A model generated the notes under the pieces. It worked only from the letters and a program-made list of their open reading frames with translations. It was not told the origin of the DNA and made no database searches. 64,000 nt of DNA, taken from contig JBITNC010000001.1 in the NCBI GenBank assembly GCA_050084985.1, positions 153,946,001 through 154,010,000 on the forward strand, in the 5' to 3' direction. This document shows positions 53,640 to 64,000 of this stretch, one piece after another. Every line of letters starts with the position of its first letter. The stretch's first letter is position 1. The DNA is from Nageia nagi. Taxonomy: Eukaryota; Plantae; Pinophyta. The translations under genes and the position numbers were made by a program.

Positions 53640-56600
53640 TGTTGTGACTAAAACACATGATGCCCCAAAATCCTATGATTTTGGAGACCCTCAGCATGTC
53701 ATATATATACTTCGTTTTGCTGTCGTCTAGTCCCACCCAAGTTGTGCCGCAAAGACTCGAATTCATGGACAATTCTTCTTTGGTTCAAGCCTCATTCTTG
53801 TCTTTTGAAACCATGCATCAGCCTTGCTATGCCTTTGCCTTGGACTTTTCATGCCCCATTTCATTCCAACCTCATGCGACTAGGTCAGGAGGAAGAACTG
53901 AGCAAGTTCAAGGGTCAAGAAGTGAACCTATGGCACTCAGGAGGTTGGCGCATGCCTCAAAAAGACAAAATATTGTCTATTTTAACCAAGTGCCAAGCTT
54001 GGAAGGGCAGCCAATTCAAGCAAATAGGAAATAATGGACAATTCATGAAGCCCAAAACCTCAAGATCTAATCAAGATCACCTAGGAGGATTGATGCATGA
54101 TCTCAAAAGACAAATTTTTGACTTTTTGAGGCATGCACCAAGCCCAGGAAGCCTCCAGGATTTAGCAAGGATGAAAATTTGGCAAAGGCATGAGTAATTA
54201 AGCATGAAAACACGAAAATTTAGCCATTTGGAGGCTATGCATGGTTCAAAAAGACACAATTTTGTCTTTTTTTCCCATGCAACCAAGCTAGTTAGGTAGG
54301 AGAGGTTGGCACATGCCTCAAAAAGTAAAAAAAATGACTCATGGAATCATGCGCTAGGTTTGAGGAGAGCCCAGTTTGAGGTGAAAGCCCAAATTTGGTA
54401 AGTTTGGGCCCCAAAAAGGCCAAAAATCAGGTTAATGGGTGAGTTTCATGATCAAGGCAACCAAGCAACGGAGCAAGAGACCTAACGTTGGGAGCATACA
54501 CACCCCCAAGGTTGGGGTATGATTTGAAAAGACACCATCTTGTCTTTTTTATTATGCTCCAAGCTAGAATCAGCCTTAAAACCCCAACGTCAACCCCAAG
54601 TGGCTTAACATGGAATTTTGAATCGGCACACATCTCGAGGTCGATTAGATGGAAAGATGAGATCAAGTTTGCTACTAACCCTAGCCAAATAGGGTTAAAT
54701 GGGAGCCAGTTTGGGCTATAAATACAAGCTTGGGACTTCATTTTATCCAAACTCAAACTTGTTCCTCTTCCACTTTTGCACCAGAATAGCAACAAATTGC
54801 AAATTTTTGTGCTCAAACTCCATCATTCATGCATCCTAGGGCTTGCGCAAGAACTTGGGAGGCAAGCTACTCCAAAGTGGGGTTTCTTCTCCACTTGAAA
54901 CCCGCGCATCACCCTTGAGCAGCAACGTTGCAAACTAGAACACCATGACTTCCTCCAAGGGTAATTCAACTTCGAACTTCGCTAGGGACCTCGAGTGGTT
55001 GAAACATGATTGCATCATATCCATTTGTAAGAGACAACAATCCCTTCCCCTAGAGGCCTAATTCTTGAGGAATAGTCTTGCAGACATTGGATACATAGAT
55101 TGGCAAGACGTTGACCCTATGCAGATGAGAGAGAGCATTTGTGGGATTCCCACCATTGACCTAAAGCAGGACATTGTCTTCTTCTGTGGGGTCTCCACTT
55201 GTACATTCGTACCCTTCACAGCTCCATTCCCTGAATTATGCATGGAAGTCGATCACCATTAGTAGAAGGGAGAGAGTCCTTGGAGACATCATCATGGACT
55301 TCAGCCCCTATGCCATCAATGCAACATTTCAATGGACCTTTGAAGGTGATTTCGAGTATAGCGAGGCTACTAGGAGACCCCTAGGGCAGCCATCGCTAAC
55401 AAGAGCTAGATGTTCGAAGAACAACATGGGTTGAAAGGAAATGCGCTCATCAATGCTCCTCGCTCCAACCTCTACCCCACAGTCGAATTGATGATCCTCA
55501 TGTTGTCCAGAGTTCTCAAGAAGGAAGATGCTTTGAAATTCAAAAAGGAGTTCTTTGGTTTCATTCTTGAGATCGCCAAAGGGAGAAGGATCAGAAGGAG
55601 CAAGGTGTTGAGTGACACCATAGCTGATCAATTGTCATCCATACGTACCACACACAAATTTTATCTTAATTCATACTTGGTGTATATGTTGCTTCACGGC
55701 AGGTATAGAGCTACAACACAAGGTGAAACGACTTGGATAGAGAAAGGGACTTATTCCATTTGGAAATGCTACACCAAATGGAAGTTAGAGAGGAGATGGG
55801 ATAGTTTCATAATGAAGAAATATGGATGGGAGTATGAGATATACAAAGAGCTCAAAGAAGAGATCACAGTCTCCAGGATCTCCAATTCAGCCCAAGATGC
55901 TTTGAAGAAGCATAGGGACTTCTTCCTCCATCACCAACACTATTCCTACATTCGTATACATGGGTCAGCCGTGCAGCCATATCAGTTATCGAGGTTCATG
56001 AGCAAGAGAGTACTGTTGATGGAGATAATGAAGTAGTTGGCCTTTCTACATGAACATGTATGGAAGAAGAAATAGACCACTTCTAAATTGCCAATTGTTG
56101 TGGGAGAATATCAATGTAAGTCTTGGGCAGATGTAGATACCATGAGAGAAGAGTTTGTTAGATTCAATTTCAAGAAGATGCTTGTAGACGATCATTATGA
56201 CCACGACCACAGGATACAATAGTTCTTCATGAAGGAGAGGAAGAAGCCTTACGAGCATAAAACACTTTGCAGAAGAAGAGCCTTTTCGAAACATCAATAA
56301 AGGGGTAGAGATGAAGAAGATAAGATAGATGATGCCTAAGGATGCAAATGATCAACAACACCATGTGGAAGCCACTATCAACAAGAGACTCTTCTAACAT
56401 AAGGGAAGAAGACCTCAACATTTCACCTCCAAGATCATGCAGTTCCCTCCAGTTGTTGAGACACTAGTTTGATAGTATGCGTATATGCATGGTAAAAACC
56501 TAGTGGAGCAAGTTGTACAATAAGTACAAGTCACCATGGACAAGCATGATGCGAGCAAGCTAGAACCTGTGGCCACAGACAAGGTGATGAGGTGCATCAG

Positions 56601-59215
56601 GAACAAACAATAGGATTCATCTCCACCGTCCAGACCACCTAGAGCCATAACACCATCATTCCATCATCTGGGTCTTCATCTTCTAGCCAATTGTATAGAC
56701 TTGGCGAGAGTCAAGAGGAAGGCTAGGTTGGAGAATTAGAAGCTGAATAGGAGGTAAATGTAGCCTAGGGTGAGGAGATCCCAGATGCACAACAGTAGGA
56801 TGAGTCCTTAGAGATAGTGGAGCTGATCTGTAAACCATCAGCATTAGAGCCGTCTGCAGAGAAGGGCAAGAGGCCAGCATTAGAGACAATGTAGAAAAGA
56901 GCTCAATTGAAGAGAACTCCATAGTCACAAGGCACAAAAGCTTCAGGTGAGCATAACGAAGAAGGAGAGAGACCCTCTAAGAGAGAAAAGAAGAATACTA
57001 TTACCATTCAAGAGGCAGTTGTATAGACTTATCAATCGTCGCCCACGAATGAATGGGCAATTGACATGGAGGAGTGTCTTGATGTGTTTAACTTGAATTT
57101 CAGGGAAGAATTTGAGGCAAAAGAGAAGAATGATCAAAATGGAGAGAGCTCCACTCGCCTAGTGAAGACCCAGACATATGTGCATCTAGCTAATAATGCC
57201 ATACATATCAAGAGCATAATAGCTGATAAGGAGAATCCAAAACGTCCTGAAAACCTCAGATAGATCAACCATATCATCAACACAAGTTCAATTGGTTTCG
57301 CTGGTCGGAAACATGCAATCATCTCCAACACTGAGGCCATCACCAAGGAGGATATGATGAAGGACAAAGAAATCAAAAGCCTCAAGAAGTTAGCTGGACA
57401 AAAGAAGTTGACCAAAGAGTTGGAGTTAGCTAAGGTGCCCACAGAGGAGCTCCAAATGATCAAACCGCTCAAGGAGGGTATGATTGCAGTTAAGCAGAGA
57501 CAAATAGATGAGGTCTTGGCAACAGTTCAGCAGTTCATTGCGGCATTAGAGAGGGTAAAATTCGAGGAACAGAAGCTCAAGGACATTGTGGTGGAGAGGA
57601 CCAATCTTGTTAGGATTTTGGATTCCAAGAGGGCCATGATCATGTAGTTTGAGATGACATAGAATCGTAGGCCGGAGGATGTGAAGTTTTGTGAGGAGTA
57701 TTGGTTTTATTTAGGAGTGATTAATCAGATAACCACTTGATTCTAAGAAGTGCAGAAGGATGTTCAGAAGCTCAACGATAAGACAAATATTTATCTTGAG
57801 CAGATGGAGTTCTAGGTCAGGTTTATCGATGATGACACCACCATCTAGGATAGAGACCTTGTTATGGTAGAAGCAAGACACTTCCTTCATAGCCTTATCA
57901 TGATCGAGCACATCAACACCTTCCAAACTGGTAGTCACCTAGAGCACTTACTCAAAGCCCATGCTTGGAAGAAGGATATGCAGAGCATCGTTGAGAAGGT
58001 GGAGCATTGTGTTGTGAGAAATGGACCAAAGTTGTTGAAGATGCTGCACAGATTGGAGGTTACAGCCAAGTTCCTAGACGATAACTTCGAGGGATGCATT
58101 GAGGCATTGGGACCATCGATCGCCTAGTCACATTTTTATATTTTATTATATTTCATAATTATTTTGGCAAAACTTTATTTTATTTGTTAATGAATCCTTG
58201 AGTTTGTAATAGATGAGGATTTGCTACTACAAACTTGGATGACATCTTGTAATGCCATGTGGCATATTTTTGTTGGACCATATTTTATTTCATGAAAGTT
58301 GCAATTAGGGTTAAGAAAACACTTAGGGTTTCCAAGAAAACTATATATAACCCATTTGGGCTCATTTGTAGTAGATTAGACATTTTGCAAATTGGGCTAC
58401 TTACACAATATTTTCAAACATGTAAGTTTCCCTATTTTGTAATTGTGATATAATTTCAAGTAATTGAAGTGAGCATATTTTCATTTGGAACTATGAATGT
58501 GAATGTGTGTTACATCTTTATACTATCTTGAGTGTTTGGATCATTTTGTAAACCTTGCTAGGGTGAACAAAAGAGTGCATGAAAATCTTTTGTGTTGTTT
58601 TAAGATGACATTTCATAGTTTGCACATTGGACTAGTGTGTTTTAAGATGACTCATGTATGTTGTTTAATATAGGAACTTCACTCCCTGTTTGAGTTCTAC
58701 CCACATCATATTTTTTCTTTCCATTTCCTTAGTGTGAAGCTCCCCTTGTTAGGACATTTGTGTTGTTGGATTCGGAGTGCATGGAACCTAGGCCAAAACC
58801 CGTACGAGTCCATTCTTAGAAACCCATACTAGTCAGTGAGAATATTGCCCCTTGACCTGAATTCATATATCATCGTCTTCTCACAACCTCTTTTTATTCC
58901 TTTTTTATTTATTTTGCACAACTTTCGCAATGAATCTTTTTTTTTTTCCTTTCTTTCTTGAGAAACAACTATTTCTGGATTAGGGACCCTTCAAGTCCTT
59001 GGTTAACAAATGTTATTTGAGTTGGTAATAGCTTTAAGCATCTCCACCGAATCACCTAAGTGATCCTTTGCACTCTTCACTTTTAAACCTTTGGGGTAAA
59101 CAATCCTCATAGCGGGAAGGGGTCATGTCCTACCACTCAGGTGTTGGAGTCCTTCCACAAGCCTTGTGATACCATTTGCCAATCAGCAAGGGTAGGAAAG
59201 AAAAAGCCCCCAACA
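53640..59215 (+). mobile_element. 5' LTR (5.6 kb) of a Tat-clade element, containing a long ORF
   Basis: TGTTGTGAC...GGAAAGAAAAAGCCCCCAACA; inserted into an LTR at 53639; followed after 5 nt by the PBS and then gag. Confidence 0.85.
54945..58127 (+). pseudogene. LTR-internal ORF copy 3 (degenerate)
   Basis: IGYIDWQDVDP, PFTAPFPELC, IIMDFSPYAINATFQW, GRRIRRSKVLSD, HKFYLNSYLVYMLLHG, YIRIHGS..PYQL; coiled-coil-like C-terminal fragments at 57354-58127. Confidence 0.82.
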
Positions 59216-59220
59216 AAAAT

Positions 59221-59234
59221 TGGTGCTAGGAGGG
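59221..59234 (+). promoter_or_regulatory. Degenerate PBS, tRNA-Asn-like
   Basis: TGGTGCTAGGAGGG versus the Tat-type Asn PBS TGGCGCTAGAAGGAGGG. Confidence 0.65.
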
Positions 59235-59265
59235 CCTCGAACTGTTTCTGTATCTAGTAAAAAAA

Positions 59266-62200
59266 ATGTTTCTCTACTTATACTTCATCAAGTTGGGACC
59301 TAGAAAAGCTTTGTCATATGACTTGAGGTCAAACAAGAATAAGGTTCAACCTAAAGACGAATTGGAGAGTTCCCAAAAGACCAATGAAACTCCTATTCAG
59401 AATCTCGATGATACGTCCACTTCTACCTCATCAGACGCATCAATCACTAGTCCTAGCTCACTGAACAACTTGGTTTCTTTCCTAACCAATACGCAACCAA
59501 GTATTCAAACCCAACCTGTTGTGCAAACATAGCTTTCATCACAACTACAATAGGGTCCTCAACCATAGGGCAGAGCTAACCCACAGCAAAGAAGAAGAAT
59601 GGCCAATCCACCTCCTACACCTTTTGCTTGGTTGAGATCAAGTCCTATCAGTGTTCCTAGAACTCAAAATGAAATCCCAAAAGATTACCAGAAACACTTT
59701 CAAAAGTACAACCCTAACAACCTCATGTTAGCAAAAGACCACATCCAGTCATATATCAACACAACCAAACTCTATATTGAACATGAGAATGTGGCATGCA
59801 GAATGTTTCCATCCACTCTAGAAGGCCGTGCATGCGATTGGTATCTCAGGCTCACCTTGAGATCTATCATGTCATGGTTAACTAGAAGAAGCAATTTTAC
59901 AAAGATTTCAAGTACCAGTGGATCCAGATGTATTATATCATCAATTTGTAAATACAAAAAAATTTCCTCATGAATCAGTCAGAAATTTCAAAGATAGATT
60001 CCATAATGCCTATGGAAAATTAGTGGAACCTCGTACTGTTTTTGATGCTAAAGTACTACAAATGTATATATGGGCACTTGACCCCCTCACAGCATCCTTC
60101 ATAAGAAGAGAAGCGGGTATTACAACATTGAGATAGGCTTACGCTTCCGCAGCTACCATTGAAAGGTAGCTCACCTAAAATACTAAGGGAGAGAAGGCTA
60201 CTCATCTAATGTATCTATTGGGAAATTTGAACTTGAACATTGCTAGTGTTCCCTCGCAACCTGACACCCCAAATCCTACACAGGCGTCACTACCAAACAT
60301 CCCAATGTCTTCTAATGCAGTTCAACCTAACCCCTTAGCCTTCACACATACCACACATTCTTCTCCATCCTTCCCAATGCCTAGTAACCCTACACCCCAT
60401 TGCTTCATCATCATCCGTTCCATTGAGCACGAATCTTATCACCTAGCTTATCATTCAACTGTCACAACCCTCCCATCCTAATCCTGTACACAATCCTTTA
60501 GGGCAAGGAGAGCTTAACATCCTAAAAAAATTCTTGGGTGTGTTAGCAAAAGACAAAAAAGATCCTAAACCACCCAAGAAGGATCAAGAGTTTGTTAAGA
60601 AGGAATAAGAGCTTGCAAGGTGAGAAAGGGAGTTGGCAAAGAGGGAAAAGGATCAGAATGATTTTAAGACACTCCTAACCAAAATGGTGGAAAACAATAG
60701 AGGGCAAAACAATGCACAGTTCAATCAACAGCTTACACCCAATAATGATCGTCCGTGCAATCCAAACTTTCAAAGAGAAAATAGACCCTGGAAAAGTGGT
60801 CCCAATAACAGCACAAGTATAGTACCCAACCCGATAGCAAGAGACCCAAGGCCCTCTCAAATAAATAATGTTGATTTAACAAAGATTGCATTAACCACTT
60901 GGTGTAGGATTCACAACACTGCTCATGCAGAGGCCACTTGGCCAAAGTTCACTTGTGCCATCAACATGCTTCAACAAGAAAAGAACAACTGGGAGCTCAC
61001 TCAACTCAAGAAGAGAAGATACCGGAAATTATCCCAATAGTTTTTCAGCTTGTTTTTGCTACCCAAGAGAATATGAGGATATTCGGCTTTGTGTACAAGA
61101 GAAAGGAACGGGAGTGTGACATACCATTTGGACCATTGACAAATTGTGTCATGGTCACTTTGTAATCTAGTGTTTGTTCATTGTCATGTTGTACATGTGT
61201 AACTCAAGCAGGAGCTTATGGTCTGTGGACCCCATTGTGAGCCCAATAATGGGACGTCTCCCCTTGAGTAGTGTTGTGTTAGTTTGTATTCTATTATCCC
61301 AAATTGTGGGAATCCCTAGATAGGTATGAATCTTGCATAGGCCAGAGTGCATGGAGGAGCACAGAAGTCTTGGGAGGGCCCACATACCCCACGCTGGCTT
61401 ATGAGGCCACCTAGACCCCACATCAACCTTGAGAGGCCCATCAGATCCCATGTCAACCTTGAGGGCCTTTATGACCCCCACATTGACACACTGGGCCCAT
61501 GGGATCCCCACGTTAGCATAATGGGCCAATATTACCCCCACATTGGCATGGTTGACCTATTGACTCCAATGTTGGAATAGACCTGGCTTGGGATGATATC
61601 AAGGCATGATGGATAGACACGAGAGGCTATATATTGAGGATGGAGCTCCATGATGAGGTTAGCTATTGATTATACTTCTATTACATTGAACCCGATCGGG
61701 CTTGCAAGTCTTGGCGATGCTGAGCATTCTTCCTAAGCGATGTCTAGAGGGGTGATAGGGTTGGGAGCTTGGCACTCTATGACTTAGGTGGGTCACCTAG
61801 TCCATCCGATGGTATTTCGAGGGTGAGCTTCTACCTTCAATGGTTAGCCAGGGTTTGAGGAGGCTCCTTCATAGGAGAGGATTCGGAGTTTGAGGGAGTT
61901 GGTATTTCCTGTGGTGTTCGGCTTGTACAAGGGTTTGGAACCCTAGATCTAGATATTGATATCCTCATTGTATACCATTGCATATCAGAATATAATCCAT
62001 CTCATTGTGTCTCCCTCCATTGTGTTGTTCATTGATGTGTATGTGTTGTCTCTTGTATACTGGTGTTGGAAGCTCCATTGTGTTGTGTTCATATCTATGA
62101 GGCATTCATTGAGGTGCCAAGTGTTACTATGTTCCCTAAAGGGCTAATGTCAAGGTATAGGGGTTGCATAGAGGCCTTGGGACGCTCATGTCTGCATTAT

Positions 62201-64000
62201 GGGGTGTTAGGGTGCCCTAGGGGCCCAACGTAGGTGTGCTATCTTCATTTGTCAAGGTTTTGAGTTGCATAGTTGGAGTCATTTGTACTGAAAGTGATTT
62301 TAGATCATCACAGGGAGCCATTGATGAAACCCAATCCCCCTAATGATCTCCAAGTACCTCCAAATCAAGTATCTTCAAACAATCCCCCTCCACCTAGTCC
62401 GGTTGTTCAACCAAGCATTCTTCAACAACAACTGGCATCCAGTATTCCTAGACCCCAATAGGCTCAACCATCACAAGGGAGACCCTTCATCAAGGCCAAG
62501 CAGGGATTACTAGTAAGAAACAAACTCAAGCTAGGGAGGAGCTGGATGAGACCTCCTTTGATATCATTAAGACTCTCAAGCATACTAAAGTCAATGTCAA
62601 CTTAATGGATTTGCTAGAGTATGAAGAGCATCACAAGCAAGCCATTAATCATCTAAAATCTAAGCAGACACAAAAGAAAGAATAGAGAAAAGTTTCAAAA
62701 TGACAAGTGCAATTGGCTTCCCCACCAGTTGTTGAAAACCCCGCTACTGCTCAGGTCCAAATGGTGTTGAAGGCAAAAACACATACGCCTAGAAGAACTA
62801 TTCTCCTTTCTTAATCACAATGAATGTGGCTGGGAAGAACATGCATAATTGCATGATGGATTCTAGTGTGGAAGCAAACATTATGCCATGGTAGGTGTGT
62901 AAGGCATTGAACTTGCCCATTGTAGATAGCCCTGATGGTATCACCCAACTAGATGACACACCAGTGAAAGTAGTTGGAATGATCCACAACTTGCGCATCC
63001 AAATTGCATCCGAACCAAGGATTGAGAGAGACATAGATGTACAAGTGGTTCAGATACCATCCAAATACGGGATGTTGCTTAGCAAAGATTGCTCAAAGAC
63101 TTTGAATGGATTCTGGTTCATGTGTTTCAAATTACCGAGTATAACAATGTCAATCAAGTACCAATGGTAGAATGAGATTTGGGCATTTATTGTCTTGAAA
63201 TTAATAAACCATCTCCTACTAACAATCTTGTCCCATCCCCATGTCCTACTCCTGCCATCGCCAAAACCAAACAACTGGAAACTAAATGCTGGATTCTCAA
63301 ATTTGATGGATCCAAATCTAAAATGGGTGGAGCTGGAGTTGAATTGCAAAATCCAAAGGGTAAAAAATATCAAGTTTCTTTTAGATTCGAATTTCCTTGC
63401 ACATGCAACTCAGTAGAGTATGAAGCTTTAGTCCAATGCATGAGGATGGCACTAGCAAAAGGTGTTGAAAACTTGCTAGTAATGGGAGACTCAAAGCTTG
63501 TGTTTTGTTAGATTAAAGGCCAGTACGAGTGCAAAGATGATCGCCTCACTTAGTACAGAGCATGCGCATTGAGCCTAATTGGAGATTTCAAGGCCTTCAA
63601 TATCAAAATAGTACCTAGAAATTAGAACATGGTTGCAAACTCTTTAGCAGTGCTGGCTAGTACTTTTCAGCCTCTAGAGAACAACAAGCTAAAAAGATTC
63701 ACCATTAAAATGTTGTACTCACCTTATGTGCCAGACAACATTGGGACAATTCAGATTTTTGATTATGACAAATAGATTGAGAACTTCATGGCTAGTAAAA
63801 GAGTTTTTACCTCTCAACATATAGAAGACAAAAGTACCAACAAAGATGAAAGTCACTCAAAGGATGACAATGATGAGTATGTGGACAGCATCCTCCAGCT
63901 GAAAACCAATAAGCTTTCGAGGGGAATCATTGATCTTGAGAGATTGTTCGATCGAGATTTTATACAAGAGAATAGACCTTGGGAACATATTGATGTTGAA
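59266..64000 (+). pseudogene. Tat-clade gag - protease - additional (archaeal-type) RNase H; degenerate, continues beyond the window
   Basis: Gag HENVACRMFPSTLEGRACDWY; WCRIHNTAH knuckle; protease CMMDSSVEANIM and YGMLLSKD; aRH WILKFDGS...GAGV...NSVEYEAL...GDSKLV before any RT. Confidence 0.85.
61115..62312 (+). mobile_element. Solo LTR (1198 bp) inside Tat gag
   Basis: TGTGACATACC...GATCATCACA; perfect TSD GGGAG. Confidence 0.92.

Overview
AT-rich plant heterochromatin, almost entirely nested LTR retrotransposons; a gymnosperm/conifer-like source is inferred from the element types. Three groups are present. (1) Ty3/gypsy chromovirus pol and gag-PR pieces with tRNA-Met PBS, including a PPT-LTR-PBS tandem junction. 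(2) At least four related non-autonomous elements encoding Gag-protease but no RT/RNaseH/integrase, plus their ~1.2-kb solo LTRs, several with perfect 5-bp TSDs. (3) A Tat-clade group (tRNA-Asn-like PBS; gag-PR-aRH order) with 3.5-6.3 kb LTRs bounded by TGTTG...CAACA. The main observation is that three divergent Tat-type LTRs (13445-19675, 46960-53205, 53640-59215) each carry a homologous, now degenerate ~1000-codon ORF inside the LTR, with its own TATA box. Two are TSD-flanked solo LTRs and one is directly followed by PBS and gag; ORF-less sibling LTRs also occur. Host-gene traces are a SPIKE1 (DOCK GEF) C-terminal fragment fused to an integrase tail and one intact 57-nt LAZ1/TMEM184-like exon. 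A hAT transposase remnant is also present. All assignments were made by eye without database searches; boundaries lacking a TSD are approximate.
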